A stretch of DNA of 64,000 nucleotides from Candidatus Nanohalococcus occultus. Its GTDB lineage: Archaea > Nanohalarchaeota > Nanosalinia > Nanosalinales > Nanosalinaceae. The translations under genes and the position numbers were made by a program. Within the stretch, counting starts at the first letter, position 1. Every line of letters begins with the position of its first letter. Where the stretch lies: positions 414,692 through 478,691 of the forward strand of contig NZ_CP104395.1 in NCBI RefSeq assembly GCF_029207735.1. Direction: 5' to 3'. Below the pieces are notes generated by a model that saw only the letters and a program-made list of their open reading frames with translations, was not told where the DNA came from and ran no database searches. Shown here piece after piece: positions 8,914 to 17,586 of the stretch.

Positions 8914-9651
8914 GTGATGAGCGATCCTAGAGAGCCAGCGAAAAAAGTATTTGGAGACCTTACAACACCTGAGAACGTAGAAATTGTACGCAGAAAAGAA
9001 GACTTACCCGAAGAACTGCCCGAAGCAGTTTACGTTGTAGTTGATGTGATGTACTTTTCAACAACTTCTGTTGAGATACTTGAAGGCGGAGCAGACCAGC
9101 TAGTTGTATACAGAGAACTTAAGGAAAAAGATGAGACCGAGGTATCGCTTCTCGGAGGGGAAAGAGACGAAAGCTATGGCGCTAAAGACGGCTACGATCT
9201 GTTCAACTCGCCGAGCTTCGTAGAGGAACTCGAGCTGGAAGATCGCTCAGTAGGTCTGACCTCGACTAACGGAGCGGAAACAGTACATCTAATCGAGCAA
9301 GCAACCAGTGAAGGAGCCGAGACAGTTATAGGATCGACAGTTAACGCCAAGACAACAGCCGAATACCTCAAGGAATCGGATAAACCTGTCTATATTATTG
9401 CCTGCGGACGCCGCGGAGAGGAGATTATGGAAGATTACCTCGGAGCATACCTGATTTCCGCGCATATGGAAGGAGAGGTTACAGAAGAGCTGGAAAACAA
9501 TCTCTTAGAGGTGATAACCGATGCCACGGAAGCTTACTATGACGACATTCCGGACCGACGCAGGAAAGACCTAGAAAACCATATCAAGAACTTAGATGGT
9601 TCCAAGGTCGTGCCGGTAAAGAACGGTTCGGATCCAATCCGGTTTCAGTAA
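8914..9651 (+). CDS. ComB-like (2-phosphosulfolactate phosphatase family) protein
   Basis: 245 aa with VYVVVDVMYFSTTS resembling the ComB family VIDVLRA(S/T)TT signature; acidic. Confidence 0.4.
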   Translation: MMSDPREPAKKVFGDLTTPENVEIVRRKEDLPEELPEAVYVVVDVMYFSTTSVEILEGGADQLVVYRELKEKDETEVSLLGGERDESYGAKDGYDLFNSPSFVEELELEDRSVGLTSTNGAETVHLIEQATSEGAETVIGSTVNAKTTAEYLKESDKPVYIIACGRRGEEIMEDYLGAYLISAHMEGEVTEELENNLLEVITDATEAYYDDIPDRRRKDLENHIKNLDGSKVVPVKNGSDPIRFQ

Positions 9652-10253
9652 AGACTGCCTTCAAAACGCCGCTGGATGAATTCTTCGCCCAGAGAACTGT
9701 TGTTTTCTCTGTCGAAACTTTCCAGCTCATCTTTTCTTCTTTTTCCTATCTCTACGGCCTCTTTTAATGATTCAGGGGCTGGAATGAAGGTTGTAAGCGC
9801 CAGGAATTTTTTGCCGTCCGGATCCTTTTCCATAACTGCTTTTTTCGAGACCATGCCGGGCTGTTCGTTTTCCTCGAAGAACTCTATAGCAGAATCCGGG
9901 AATCCAAGGAACCTGCCGACAGCCTCATCCGAAAACCCGTAAAACCGGCCAGAAGAATTTTCTAAAATCTCCATCCGGGACTCATCGTTCGTGATGAAAG
10001 CACATCGCTGGTCGTGTTCCGGGCGGTTCCCAACCGCCACACCGGGTTTCGAGACCCTGCCTTCGGAAACCTTAATCGCTAAATCCAGTTCTGAACACAG
10101 TTCTCGCAGGGTTTTTTCCTGCCGATCATCGACGTTCATCGTCAATGCCGCAGGCTTTTCGCCTATAGCAACCAGAAAGATTGGGTACTCCGATCCGTCG
10201 CTGAGAACATCCAGTTTTCCACCGAACCAGTCTTCAATTTTCTCTACGTTCAT
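9645..10253 (-). CDS. Hypothetical acidic protein
   Basis: 202-aa ORF with clean boundaries; no recognised motif. Confidence 0.4.
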   Translation of the reverse strand: MNVEKIEDWFGGKLDVLSDGSEYPIFLVAIGEKPAALTMNVDDRQEKTLRELCSELDLAIKVSEGRVSKPGVAVGNRPEHDQRCAFITNDESRMEILENSSGRFYGFSDEAVGRFLGFPDSAIEFFEENEQPGMVSKKAVMEKDPDGKKFLALTTFIPAPESLKEAVEIGKRRKDELESFDRENNSSLGEEFIQRRFEGSLY

Positions 10254-10307
10254 AGGTTAGGAAACTCAGCCGATCGTTTAAAAAGCGTTGATTATCTTTG
10301 CTTAATC

Positions 10308-10943
10308 ATGGCACTGAAAATCCTTTTCACCAGCGACTTCCACGCAAGTGAGGAACTGAAGGAAGCAGCGATAAAGGAAGCTAACAACGGAGACTACGAT
10401 CTTTTCATAAATCTAGGAGACTTCATGGACATGGAGTTCGCAGAGGACCTGATGGCTAAAATTGATATCCCTGCGATCGGCTGTACAGGAAACCGCGATA
10501 TGTTTTTCGACAACGAGTTCCTGGACGATGAATCGGTCCCGGTATACAACTTCCTGGATGCTGACATCGACGGAGGAGAGTACAAGGTAATTCTGATAGG
10601 CGGAGACTTCCCGGAGAACGTGAAAAACGAGGTAAGAGAAGTCCTGGAAGATTACGAAGGCGATTCCAGCAAGGTAATAATCGGATCGCACTACCCGCCG
10701 CACAGACTCAACGACAAGATCCACTCCGGTAAAAGGATAGGGTTCAAGGAGTTCAGAGAGATCATCATGAGAGAGAAACCATCTCTATGGGTCCACGGAC
10801 ACGTACACGAGGACTTCGGGAAGGATTCGTTGATGGATACAACTGTTTTGAACGCAGCAGCGGATGAAACCGGCAAAGCATGGAGCGTGACAATCGGCGA
10901 CGATGGCGGCGTCGAAAGTTACGAGGAAGTCCAACTCGTATAA
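10308..10943 (+). CDS. Calcineurin-like metallophosphoesterase
   Basis: DFH, GDFMD, GNRD, GSHYPPH and VHGHVHE motifs in canonical order. Confidence 0.75.
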   Translation: MALKILFTSDFHASEELKEAAIKEANNGDYDLFINLGDFMDMEFAEDLMAKIDIPAIGCTGNRDMFFDNEFLDDESVPVYNFLDADIDGGEYKVILIGGDFPENVKNEVREVLEDYEGDSSKVIIGSHYPPHRLNDKIHSGKRIGFKEFREIIMREKPSLWVHGHVHEDFGKDSLMDTTVLNAAADETGKAWSVTIGDDGGVESYEEVQLV

Positions 10944-10970
10944 AGAGTTCCCTCCATTTGGTAATTGTTA

Positions 10971-11044
10971 GGGCTCTTAGTTCAGCCTGGCGGAACGCTT
11001 CCTTGGCAGGGAAGAGGCCTCGGGTTCAAATCCCGAAGAGTCCA
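10971..11044 (+). tRNA. tRNA-Ala (anticodon GGC)
   Basis: Acceptor GGGCTCT/AGAGTCC with G3:U70; anticodon arm CTTCC-TTGGCAG-GGAAG; T loop TTCAAAT; 74 nt. Confidence 0.8.
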
Positions 11045-11099
11045 TAAGACGCTTGTTTGTTCGAAGCGATTTTAGATGCCGTATAGTATTTGATGGCCG

Positions 11100-11495
11100 T
11101 CACTGGAGCGAGTAGACGGTAACTCGGTTCCAGCTTTCCGGCCTTACTGATTTCACTTCGAGACTGCCTTCCTGTGCTAGGCCTGAAAGCTCCTCGTCCA
11201 TAGCAGCCCAGTCGTACTGTCTGTTTTCCTTTGATTTCATTGAGCCAGGGTTTTCCTCGTATATTATATCGGCGACGGCTTCTGGCATCTTTTCAAACAT
11301 ACTCTCGTACATAGCTTCCAGGCCTTTTACCGCATCTCTTGCTGTAAAATCGCCTTCATCCAGTTCGCCGTCTAAGATCTCTGGAGGCGAGGTATAGCCT
11401 ACTGCGTTTTCAATATCGTGGATTAAGTCTTCGCTGGTGTAGTTTTCCGCGTTCAGACTTGTTTTATGGAAATCTCTTGGTTGGCCTTTAGACAT
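11100..11495 (-). CDS. Hypothetical acidic protein
   Basis: 131-aa ORF; leaderless-type promoter context upstream. Confidence 0.4.
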   Translation of the reverse strand: MSKGQPRDFHKTSLNAENYTSEDLIHDIENAVGYTSPPEILDGELDEGDFTARDAVKGLEAMYESMFEKMPEAVADIIYEENPGSMKSKENRQYDWAAMDEELSGLAQEGSLEVKSVRPESWNRVTVYSLQ

Positions 11496-11501
11496 AACAG
11501 T

Positions 11502-11546
11502 GTGTATTACTTCGTATTACTATTTAAATATTACGTCGTAATACAC
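11502..11546. promoter_or_regulatory. Palindrome GTGTATTAC...GTAATACAC flanking a TATA-like TATTTAAATA, immediately upstream of the minus-strand gene starting at 11495
   Basis: 9-bp perfect inverted repeat arms at 11502-11510 and 11538-11546 with an AT-rich centre about 30 nt from the ATG. Confidence 0.25.
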
Positions 11547-11747
11547 GGTTTTTTGGGAGACTTGTTCTTGAGGGCGTCTATATTTTGACCTTCCTCTTGA
11601 TCTTTTTCGGAGCCTTGAAACTTGGTTTTTCGCCGTTTAACGCTTCTAACTCGGTCTCAAAGTCTCTGTAACTTGGTTTCATATACATGTTATGTGGGCG
11701 TATAGGTATCCTTATTGTTACAGGAACAAAGATGTGATGTACCGTAA

Positions 11748-11987
11748 TTAAGCCTTGTTGTTATGTAGTTCTTCGAGTATCCCTGCGCTTCCTTTACGAG
11801 AATTCTTTCTACGTATAAGTATGGCTGAACTCATTAGGCCGATTATGAAACCGATTATCCCGGTTATAACTCCTTCTATAAGGTAGAAGGCTATGGCTGT
11901 CAGCAAACCTGCCATGTTCGTGGCTACAAGGTAGCGGATCAGTTTCTCAGCCTTGTCTTCCATACCTCTACAGCCTACCGGAAACAT
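11748..11987 (-). CDS. Small membrane protein (two predicted TM helices)
   Basis: 79 aa, hydrophobic stretches GLLTAIAFYLIEGVITGIIGFIIGLM. Confidence 0.35.
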   Translation of the reverse strand: MFPVGCRGMEDKAEKLIRYLVATNMAGLLTAIAFYLIEGVITGIIGFIIGLMSSAILIRRKNSRKGSAGILEELHNNKA

Positions 11988-12018
11988 AAAAACAGTTAAC
12001 CTATCTAACCTGTTTAGA

Positions 12019-12166
12019 GGGCTCTTAGTTCAGCGGCAGAACGTCTGCTTCGCAGAACTGGTTACGCTCGGTTCGCACGCAATCAGGCATTCAGCGAATG
12101 CCTGTCGGATGACGGAACTGGTTCAGGAATAGCAGAAGGCCCTGGGTTCAAATCCCAGAGAGTCCA
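12019..12166 (+). tRNA. tRNA-Ala (anticodon CGC) with a 76-nt intron at 37/38 (12055-12130)
   Basis: Acceptor GGGCTCT/AGAGTCC (G3:U70); D arm GTTC-AGCGGCA-GAAC; 5' half of the anticodon arm TCTGC-TTCGCA, 3' half A-GCAGA after the intron; AGGCC; T arm CTGGG-TTCAAAT-CCCAG. Mature anticodon loop TTCGCAA. Confidence 0.7.
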
Positions 12167-12291
12167 TAGAGCTGCTTCATGCTTACAAGAACAGTCTTCC
12201 GTGATTTTTGTTTCTTTAAAGTAGCTAAACAATCTTCTTTAGTTGTTTTAAATTGTTTGCGATATCCCTAGTTGTTTAAGCCGAATAAAAA

Positions 12292-13032
12292 ATGTTTGAA
12301 AATAGTATGGAGAGCAGTATAAACCTTGTATCTAGAAAAAAGCTTTTAGCCGTGATTTTAACTGTTTTCGGAGTCTCTCTGATAGGTCTTGCGGGCGCGG
12401 AACTCACAAACCGTTTTTCAAACACTGCCGCCGGGGAAATTAACGTTCAAAAGGGTTTTGCCTACGGTATGGGTTCGGAGGGATCGGAGTTCTCTACGGA
12501 GCTGGCTTCGGGTTCTGATCTCCGGCTTGTCTCGAATGTTTCGAATCTTGCGAATGATAGGTCTCAGCCGGCTGTGGAAGTGATTTCGATCGGGGCAGAT
12601 TCCGATCTTTCCTGGCGACACCTTGAGTCCGTGGAAATATCACGTGCGAATGAAGGAACTCTTTACAGATACCGTTTGGATGTTGGTCCACGCGGAGAGC
12701 CTGAACTGGTTGAAAAACGGTGGGAGAGTTATAGGTCTGAGAATCAGAGCATGACGTTTAACAGAACTGTGCGTCAGGAATCAGGAGAGTGCTTCGGGGT
12801 TCGTAACTCGGATGTTGACGGAGATGGCGGTCAGGAAATACATTTGTGTATAGGTGACCGTCAAGGAAAACGTTTTCAGCCAGATGAATCCTGGAATGGA
12901 ACCCTCTCAATTAACACGAAATCGAGCTTTCCTAATGGACCTCTAGAAGTTACAGGAAGTATTTATTCGTTGTATGATCCTGAGACAGGGACTCATCCAA
13001 GACTGGTGAGAGAATGCGTTCGTTTCAACTAA
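12292..13032 (+). CDS. Hypothetical membrane-anchored or secreted protein
   Basis: N-terminal hydrophobic anchor KKLLAVILTVFGVSLIGLAGA; 246 aa; overlaps the next gene by 19 nt. Confidence 0.45.
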   Translation: MFENSMESSINLVSRKKLLAVILTVFGVSLIGLAGAELTNRFSNTAAGEINVQKGFAYGMGSEGSEFSTELASGSDLRLVSNVSNLANDRSQPAVEVISIGADSDLSWRHLESVEISRANEGTLYRYRLDVGPRGEPELVEKRWESYRSENQSMTFNRTVRQESGECFGVRNSDVDGDGGQEIHLCIGDRQGKRFQPDESWNGTLSINTKSSFPNGPLEVTGSIYSLYDPETGTHPRLVRECVRFN

Positions 13033-13751
13033 GACGGTTTTCTCTCGTTTTCATGTCTCTTGCCCTGATTCCTGTCTGTTCAGCGGTTTCAATCGAACCA
13101 GCTAACATTTCCTTAGAGCTTAGATCCGGAAGTGATTACAGGATACCTTTGAAGGTTGAATCAGCTGCTACAGGATCTGAGAACGTAACCTTGGGTCTGA
13201 AAGTTGATGCGGCGGAAACTGATACGGAAGGCATAGATATACGGCTGAGTGAAAAACAGATTAGAGATTTACGGGGAAAAGACAGAATCTATCTCTTGAT
13301 AAATACGTCTTTCGGCTTGAAACCTGATCGTTTCAATATCTCAGTACTCACGGACTCCAGGGTTTCAGAGAGTTCTGTACAGGAAGCTAACGTACAGAGT
13401 GAGGGTTCTGGTTCATCCAGCGGCTCGGAAACCACGGGTGGGAGGACGGGAGGAGGTCTCCCGGGTCTGCTAGCTGAATCCTTCGGAGGTTCCACGGGTG
13501 CCGACTGGGACAGCAGAGAAAGATCGGAGAACCGTACGGAAACAGATAATGATACAACCGGGATAGAAATCTCAAACAGCTCTAAACTCAGAAAAGGCGG
13601 TGGAGGCTCAAGTCCTTCTGACCGCCGTGTAGGTGCCTTCGCTGAATACGTTGATGGAGATATAATCGTTTTACTGGCGGGTTTGGCGGCGCTTGTAACC
13701 ATCCTGTTTTCAAAAAATACTTTTTCAAGGATATATTCGGTTCTTTCCTAG
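13014..13751 (+). CDS. Secreted surface protein with Ser/Gly/Thr-rich linker and C-terminal TM anchor
   Basis: Signal peptide MRSFQLRRFSLVFMSLALIPVCSA; low-complexity GSGSSSGSETTGGRTGGG; C-terminal IIVLLAGLAALVTILF. Confidence 0.5.
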   Translation: MRSFQLRRFSLVFMSLALIPVCSAVSIEPANISLELRSGSDYRIPLKVESAATGSENVTLGLKVDAAETDTEGIDIRLSEKQIRDLRGKDRIYLLINTSFGLKPDRFNISVLTDSRVSESSVQEANVQSEGSGSSSGSETTGGRTGGGLPGLLAESFGGSTGADWDSRERSENRTETDNDTTGIEISNSSKLRKGGGGSSPSDRRVGAFAEYVDGDIIVLLAGLAALVTILFSKNTFSRIYSVLS

Positions 13752-13984
13752 TTTTCAAGCTCTTTTTTGAACGAGCTGTAGCCAAAGTATGCTTGGTGTA
13801 GACCGGAAAGCCCTACAAGTATGTAGATAGCTGTTCTGACAGTCTCTGCGATTCTGCCGGTTATCATGTTTAAAGGGTTCAGCTGGTTTCCGGCGAGCAG
13901 GCCTAGTCCTTCAAGTCCGATAAGCAGGCTGCCCGATACTACCAGCCAGAAACTTGCCTGGCTGAGTATCTCTTCCTCGTTCAT
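13748..13984 (-). CDS. Small membrane protein
   Basis: 78 aa, two hydrophobic helices. Confidence 0.3.
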   Translation of the reverse strand: MNEEEILSQASFWLVVSGSLLIGLEGLGLLAGNQLNPLNMITGRIAETVRTAIYILVGLSGLHQAYFGYSSFKKELEN

Positions 13985-14018
13985 AGCTAAGAGTTAGCCG
14001 GGGCGGGATAAAAAGCCC

Positions 14019-14375
14019 CTAGTCTTCGAGCCTGTCGGCGGTTTTCTCCATCTCCTTCGAGATGCTTCTAAGCTGGTTGATGAATGCCTCAGACTGAGCC
14101 GAGTACTCTTCCTGTACCTCCATGTTCTGTAATGCCTTGCGTACGTGAGCCTCCTTCACTTTATGCATCATCTCCGCATCCTTCATGGTGGCCTCTACGA
14201 TCTCATCGAGCATCCGGGAAAGCACGCAGTTGACTACGTGAGGAACATCTCCGTCCAAAGTTTGCTCGTCGCTCATGTTCTCCCGGAAAATCCTTCTGAT
14301 ACGTCCTTCGGAAAGAGCTAGATCGCTGTTTTCAAGTTGGCCGTAGTTATCAGGTACAAGCTTCTCAAGATTCAT
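14019..14375 (-). CDS. Hypothetical protein with a histone-fold-like core
   Basis: Central GRIRRIFRE...VVNCVLSRMLDEIVEATMKDAEMMHKVKEAHVRKAL aligns by eye with the archaeal histone pattern (GRIIK...ILEEM...IKAEDIELA). Extra N- and C-terminal extensions. Confidence 0.35.
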   Translation of the reverse strand: MNLEKLVPDNYGQLENSDLALSEGRIRRIFRENMSDEQTLDGDVPHVVNCVLSRMLDEIVEATMKDAEMMHKVKEAHVRKALQNMEVQEEYSAQSEAFINQLRSISKEMEKTADRLED

Positions 14376-14409
14376 ACTTACTTTACCGGAGGCAATACTC
14401 TAAAACGTA

Positions 14410-14910
14410 TCATGTTAGCAGCCTGTCGAAGGCCGACATATCAACTTCGTTACTTTGTGTCCGAGCCATTGACCGTATCATGATTGGATCAGGTACGTTA
14501 GGATCGCGGACCGCCCGGGAACAGGTATCCATTACGTCATCAAACATTTCGTTGTAGCTCTCTACTAAATTGTCAATACGTTGCTCGTAGCCTCCTGTAA
14601 ACTCCTTTTCTCCTATAACTCTGTACTCTGCGGTATCCGGTATGTTTTCACGCGCATCTCTCAGACTTTCAAGCATTTCTTCGTGATAATCGATTGTCCT
14701 TGCCATTTTCTGAGCTTCCTCAAGCAACATACGTTTCGAGACTGCTTTTCCCTCATCCAGCTTACATTCTCCATCTCTTGTGTGGTAGAAACTATCTAGA
14801 TAGTTGCCGTAACGTTGACTGTCGTGGATGAGAAACTCTTGTGTTCTTTCGGCTGTGTCTACAAGTTTGTGGATCTCTTCAAAATCCATGAATCTGTGTT
14901 TATCGTTCAA
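14410..14910 (-). CDS. Hypothetical protein
   Basis: 166-aa acidic ORF; same strand and close spacing with 14019-14375. Confidence 0.4.
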   Translation of the reverse strand: MNDKHRFMDFEEIHKLVDTAERTQEFLIHDSQRYGNYLDSFYHTRDGECKLDEGKAVSKRMLLEEAQKMARTIDYHEEMLESLRDARENIPDTAEYRVIGEKEFTGGYEQRIDNLVESYNEMFDDVMDTCSRAVRDPNVPDPIMIRSMARTQSNEVDMSAFDRLLT

Positions 14911-15007
14911 TTATAAAATATTTACTAGAGCGCACAGGTCGTCGAGCGGTCCGTTGAACATCAGGGTTCATTAACTTTGTCATCGATCATAATCTATACG
15001 GATTCCT

Positions 15008-15082
15008 GCGGTTGTAGTGTAGTCCGGTCAATCATGTTGGCTTCTCGAGCCAACGACCCGGGTTCAAATCCCGGCAACCGCA
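15008..15082 (+). tRNA. tRNA-Glu (anticodon CUC)
   Basis: Acceptor GCGGTTG/CAACCGC; D loop AGTCCGGTCAATCAT typical of archaeal tRNA-Glu; anticodon arm TTGGC-TTCTCGA-GCCAA; T arm CCGGG-TTCAAAT-CCCGG. Confidence 0.8.
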
Positions 15083-15155
15083 TCAACATTCTGGATCAAA
15101 ACCTACGTTTTAACGTATATATCCTATTTAAACGGACTATACTTATCATGGCTTA

Positions 15156-15560
15156 ATGAAAAGAGCTTTACTGACTTTTCTAACGCTTAGCTTGATTCCC
15201 TTCGCTATTTCTCAAACACCTGAACACCAGAACACTGATTTTTTCTCCAATGAAGATATATCTCCTGGAGAAGAGATAACGTTCGGCGTACAGTACGGAC
15301 AAGGGGATAGGATAGATTATGCTACTGCTAGCTTGTATAATGGAGCGACAGAGGTAAGTTATACGCCATTGGTTGATAGAGACGGCGATAATTTCTATAC
15401 AGGTACTTTGGGAGGTACTCAAGTCTTAGAGGATTACCGTCTTGTAATTAAAGCCTGTAACTCCGATGGCTGTAGTAGAAAAGTACATTACAAGGAAGTT
15501 GAGCCGGTTGACTGGGAAGATCACTTTGGAACTCACAGAAGCCCTGTGCTTCCCCGCTAA
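15156..15560 (+). CDS. Small secreted protein (signal peptide)
   Basis: MKRALLTFLTLSLIPFAISQ signal peptide; 134 aa; two Cys near the C-terminus. Confidence 0.45.
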   Translation: MKRALLTFLTLSLIPFAISQTPEHQNTDFFSNEDISPGEEITFGVQYGQGDRIDYATASLYNGATEVSYTPLVDRDGDNFYTGTLGGTQVLEDYRLVIKACNSDGCSRKVHYKEVEPVDWEDHFGTHRSPVLPR

Positions 15561-15569
15561 CTTTTCTTT

Positions 15570-15863
15570 TTAAGCCGTCTGAGATGTCTCGGCATCTTCT
15601 GACCGGTGTTCTATGTTTCTAACTGTCTTTTCGGCATGGAAAAGAACGTCAGTGAGTCTAGGAGATAATCTTGTGGTGCCTGAGAAGCTTTCATGGACTT
15701 TGCCGTAGGTTGAGCGTGTTGCGGTAAAATGAGGTAGGCTGTTCTCGGGGAATCGGTAGATTAGCTCATAGAAGTAAAGTGAGGATACCGTGGCGATACG
15801 GTACCTGAGGCCGTAGGTCTGTGAAACCTGTTTTTCGGCCTCGATTTTGAGTATCTCTGTCAT
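15570..15863 (-). CDS. Possible H/ACA RNP protein Gar1 homologue
   Basis: 97 aa; ENSLP...TRSTYGKVHESFSGT resembles the Gar1 core (ENLP.IGS...IGKV.DIFGPV); immediately downstream of tfb, a synteny seen in other archaea. Confidence 0.3.
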   Translation of the reverse strand: MTEILKIEAEKQVSQTYGLRYRIATVSSLYFYELIYRFPENSLPHFTATRSTYGKVHESFSGTTRLSPRLTDVLFHAEKTVRNIEHRSEDAETSQTA

Positions 15864-16835
15864 CTAGGCGTTTTCGAGTTCTTCCTCGATCCCTAGTGAC
15901 TCTGCGAGATCCTTGTAGTTCTTTCTGACGGTGACGGATGTTACTCCGACTTCGTCTGCGATCTCTCGCTGTGTGAGTTTCTCTCCCTCAAGCTTTGTGG
16001 CAATATAGAGGGATGCTGCTACGATTCCTGTAGGGCTGCGGCCTGCCAGCGCGTCCGTGTTACGGGCATCTTGGATGATTCCACGAGCTTTTGCCTGGAC
16101 CTCTCCTGAAAGTCCGAGCTGTGATGCGTACCGCGGGATAAAGTCTTCTGGTCGTCCTGGCTTGATCTGCATGTCAAGCTCTCTGGCGGTGTGTCTGTAT
16201 GCCTTTCCAAGCTTTCTCTTCTTGATAGGTACCTGTTCGGCGACTTCCTCCAGCGTCCTTGGAACATCCTGTTTACGTGCGACAAGATATACTAGCGCTC
16301 CGACCGTCGCATCGATTCCACGGCCCTGAATGATTCCTTCCTCCTGTGCTTTCTCGGTTAGACGGGCTGCTTCCTCGTAGACAGATTCCGGAAGGTTTAG
16401 ATCGCTGGAAACTCTCTGTAGTTCTTTCAGCGCCTGTTGTAGACCTCTGCTCCGTGAGTTGCTCAGTCTCTTGTCCCATTTACGCATACGGTAGTACTGT
16501 GTTCGTTTACGTCCTGAGACCTTGTTCATCTCTGCGTTATGGCCTATCTTTGTTCCCATTCCCTTATCCGCCTTCGTAAAGGTGATTGGGCTTCCGACAC
16601 GTCTTTTTTCCTCGCGTTCTTCGGAGTTGAATGCTCTCCACTCTTTAGAAGTGTCTACACGGTCTTCATCGACTACTGTTCCACATTTCCGGCAGTATAC
16701 TTCCCCACCTTCCTCTCTAAATCTTGTGGAACCGCAGGTAGAGCATTGGACGTCATCTCCCTTTGCTTCCTGTATCTGTGATCTTTTTACTGGAATTGTA
16801 TCTTCGCTAGAATTAACCGTATTTTCAGTTGACAT
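15864..16835 (-). CDS. tfb: Transcription initiation factor TFB (TFIIB)
   Basis: N-terminal zinc ribbon CSTCGS...CRKCG; two cyclin-fold repeats; C-terminal HTH (REIADEVGVTSVTVRK). Confidence 0.9.
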   Translation of the reverse strand: MSTENTVNSSEDTIPVKRSQIQEAKGDDVQCSTCGSTRFREEGGEVYCRKCGTVVDEDRVDTSKEWRAFNSEEREEKRRVGSPITFTKADKGMGTKIGHNAEMNKVSGRKRTQYYRMRKWDKRLSNSRSRGLQQALKELQRVSSDLNLPESVYEEAARLTEKAQEEGIIQGRGIDATVGALVYLVARKQDVPRTLEEVAEQVPIKKRKLGKAYRHTARELDMQIKPGRPEDFIPRYASQLGLSGEVQAKARGIIQDARNTDALAGRSPTGIVAASLYIATKLEGEKLTQREIADEVGVTSVTVRKNYKDLAESLGIEEELENA

Positions 16836-16992
16836 ATCTTACTTAATGAGTAGAAAAATTTATATAATTTCGTTCGGCGAGATATCGCTGATTCCTGCTT
16901 TTAGCCTCTCTCAGGCTTCAAAAACCGGTTTTTGTTTATATATACAAAAATACGGGTTTTTGTCAATGTTACTACCGGCTGTGCCTATCTGT

Positions 16993-17002
16993 TTTATATA
17001 AA
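16993..17002 (+). promoter_or_regulatory. TATA-box-like TTTATATAAA about 25 nt upstream of the ATG at 17023 (leaderless-type promoter)
   Basis: AT-rich TATA consensus at the expected -26/-30 distance from a start codon. Confidence 0.3.
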
Positions 17003-17022
17003 TTCGATTATGGTTCTGTGTC

Positions 17023-17169
17023 ATGGTACGACTTCAAAAGGACGGTAACGGCCGTTATCACATAACAGTCCCCAAGCGGCTCGTAGAGTGTTTCGGCTGG
17101 CACAAGGGCGATGAGATAGATTTCGAGATCCTTGGAAGCAACCAGCTGAAGGTAGAGCCGAGGGAGTAA
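17023..17169 (+). CDS. AbrB/SpoVT/MazE-type swapped-hairpin DNA-binding protein (48 aa; not in the ORF track)
   Basis: MVRLQKDGNGRYHITVPKRLVECFGWHKGDEIDFEILGSNQLKVEPRE shows the (I/V)PK..R..LG...GD.(V/I) pattern of AbrB-family domains. Confidence 0.5.
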   Translation: MVRLQKDGNGRYHITVPKRLVECFGWHKGDEIDFEILGSNQLKVEPRE

Positions 17170-17478
17170 CTATTCTAGGTTTCTTTCAAGTTCGGATTCC
17201 TTTGGACTGATTCCAAACGTCTCTATAAGCCCTTCTGAAAGCTTGTCTCCTTTCTCGGTTAAACTATATTTTTTACTTCTGCCCTTTCTCTTCGAGTTAA
17301 GCAGATCCAGTTTCTCCATCTTGTTCAGCACTCTGACCGCGTGGCTGTATGTAGTATCTGTTGTCTCAGAGATCTTTCTGGCGTTTAAAGACGGCTTTCT
17401 CTTTACAGCTATCGCTATCTCCGTAGGTTTGTCCTTAAGAAATAGCTCTCTGGCCTTTGACTGTGTTTTAGACTTCAT
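17170..17478 (-). CDS. Winged-helix transcriptional regulator
   Basis: TTYSHAVRVLNKMEKLDLLNSKRKGRSKKYSLTEKG is a recognition helix plus wing pattern; 102 aa. Confidence 0.5.
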   Translation of the reverse strand: MKSKTQSKARELFLKDKPTEIAIAVKRKPSLNARKISETTDTTYSHAVRVLNKMEKLDLLNSKRKGRSKKYSLTEKGDKLSEGLIETFGISPKESELERNLE

Positions 17479-17586
17479 CTGGTCTCCCCCCGTTCAAAGA
17501 GTATGTCCTGCCAGCTTTTAATTTGAATTGTGATATGTCACAATCGGGAGAATATAAAAAGTTGTTAGGAGGTGCGGAAGAGGCTT

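Noticed and set aside
10971-12166. Repeat of GGGCTCTTAGTTCAGC and ...AGAGTCCATA at 10971 and 12019
   Set aside because: Explained by two paralogous tRNA-Ala genes sharing acceptor and D-arm sequence. Not a mobile-element repeat.
16019-17001. Several 60-160-aa ORFs on both strands overlapping tfb
   Set aside because: Fully embedded in a well-supported TFB gene, with Ser/Pro/Cys-rich nonsense-like composition.
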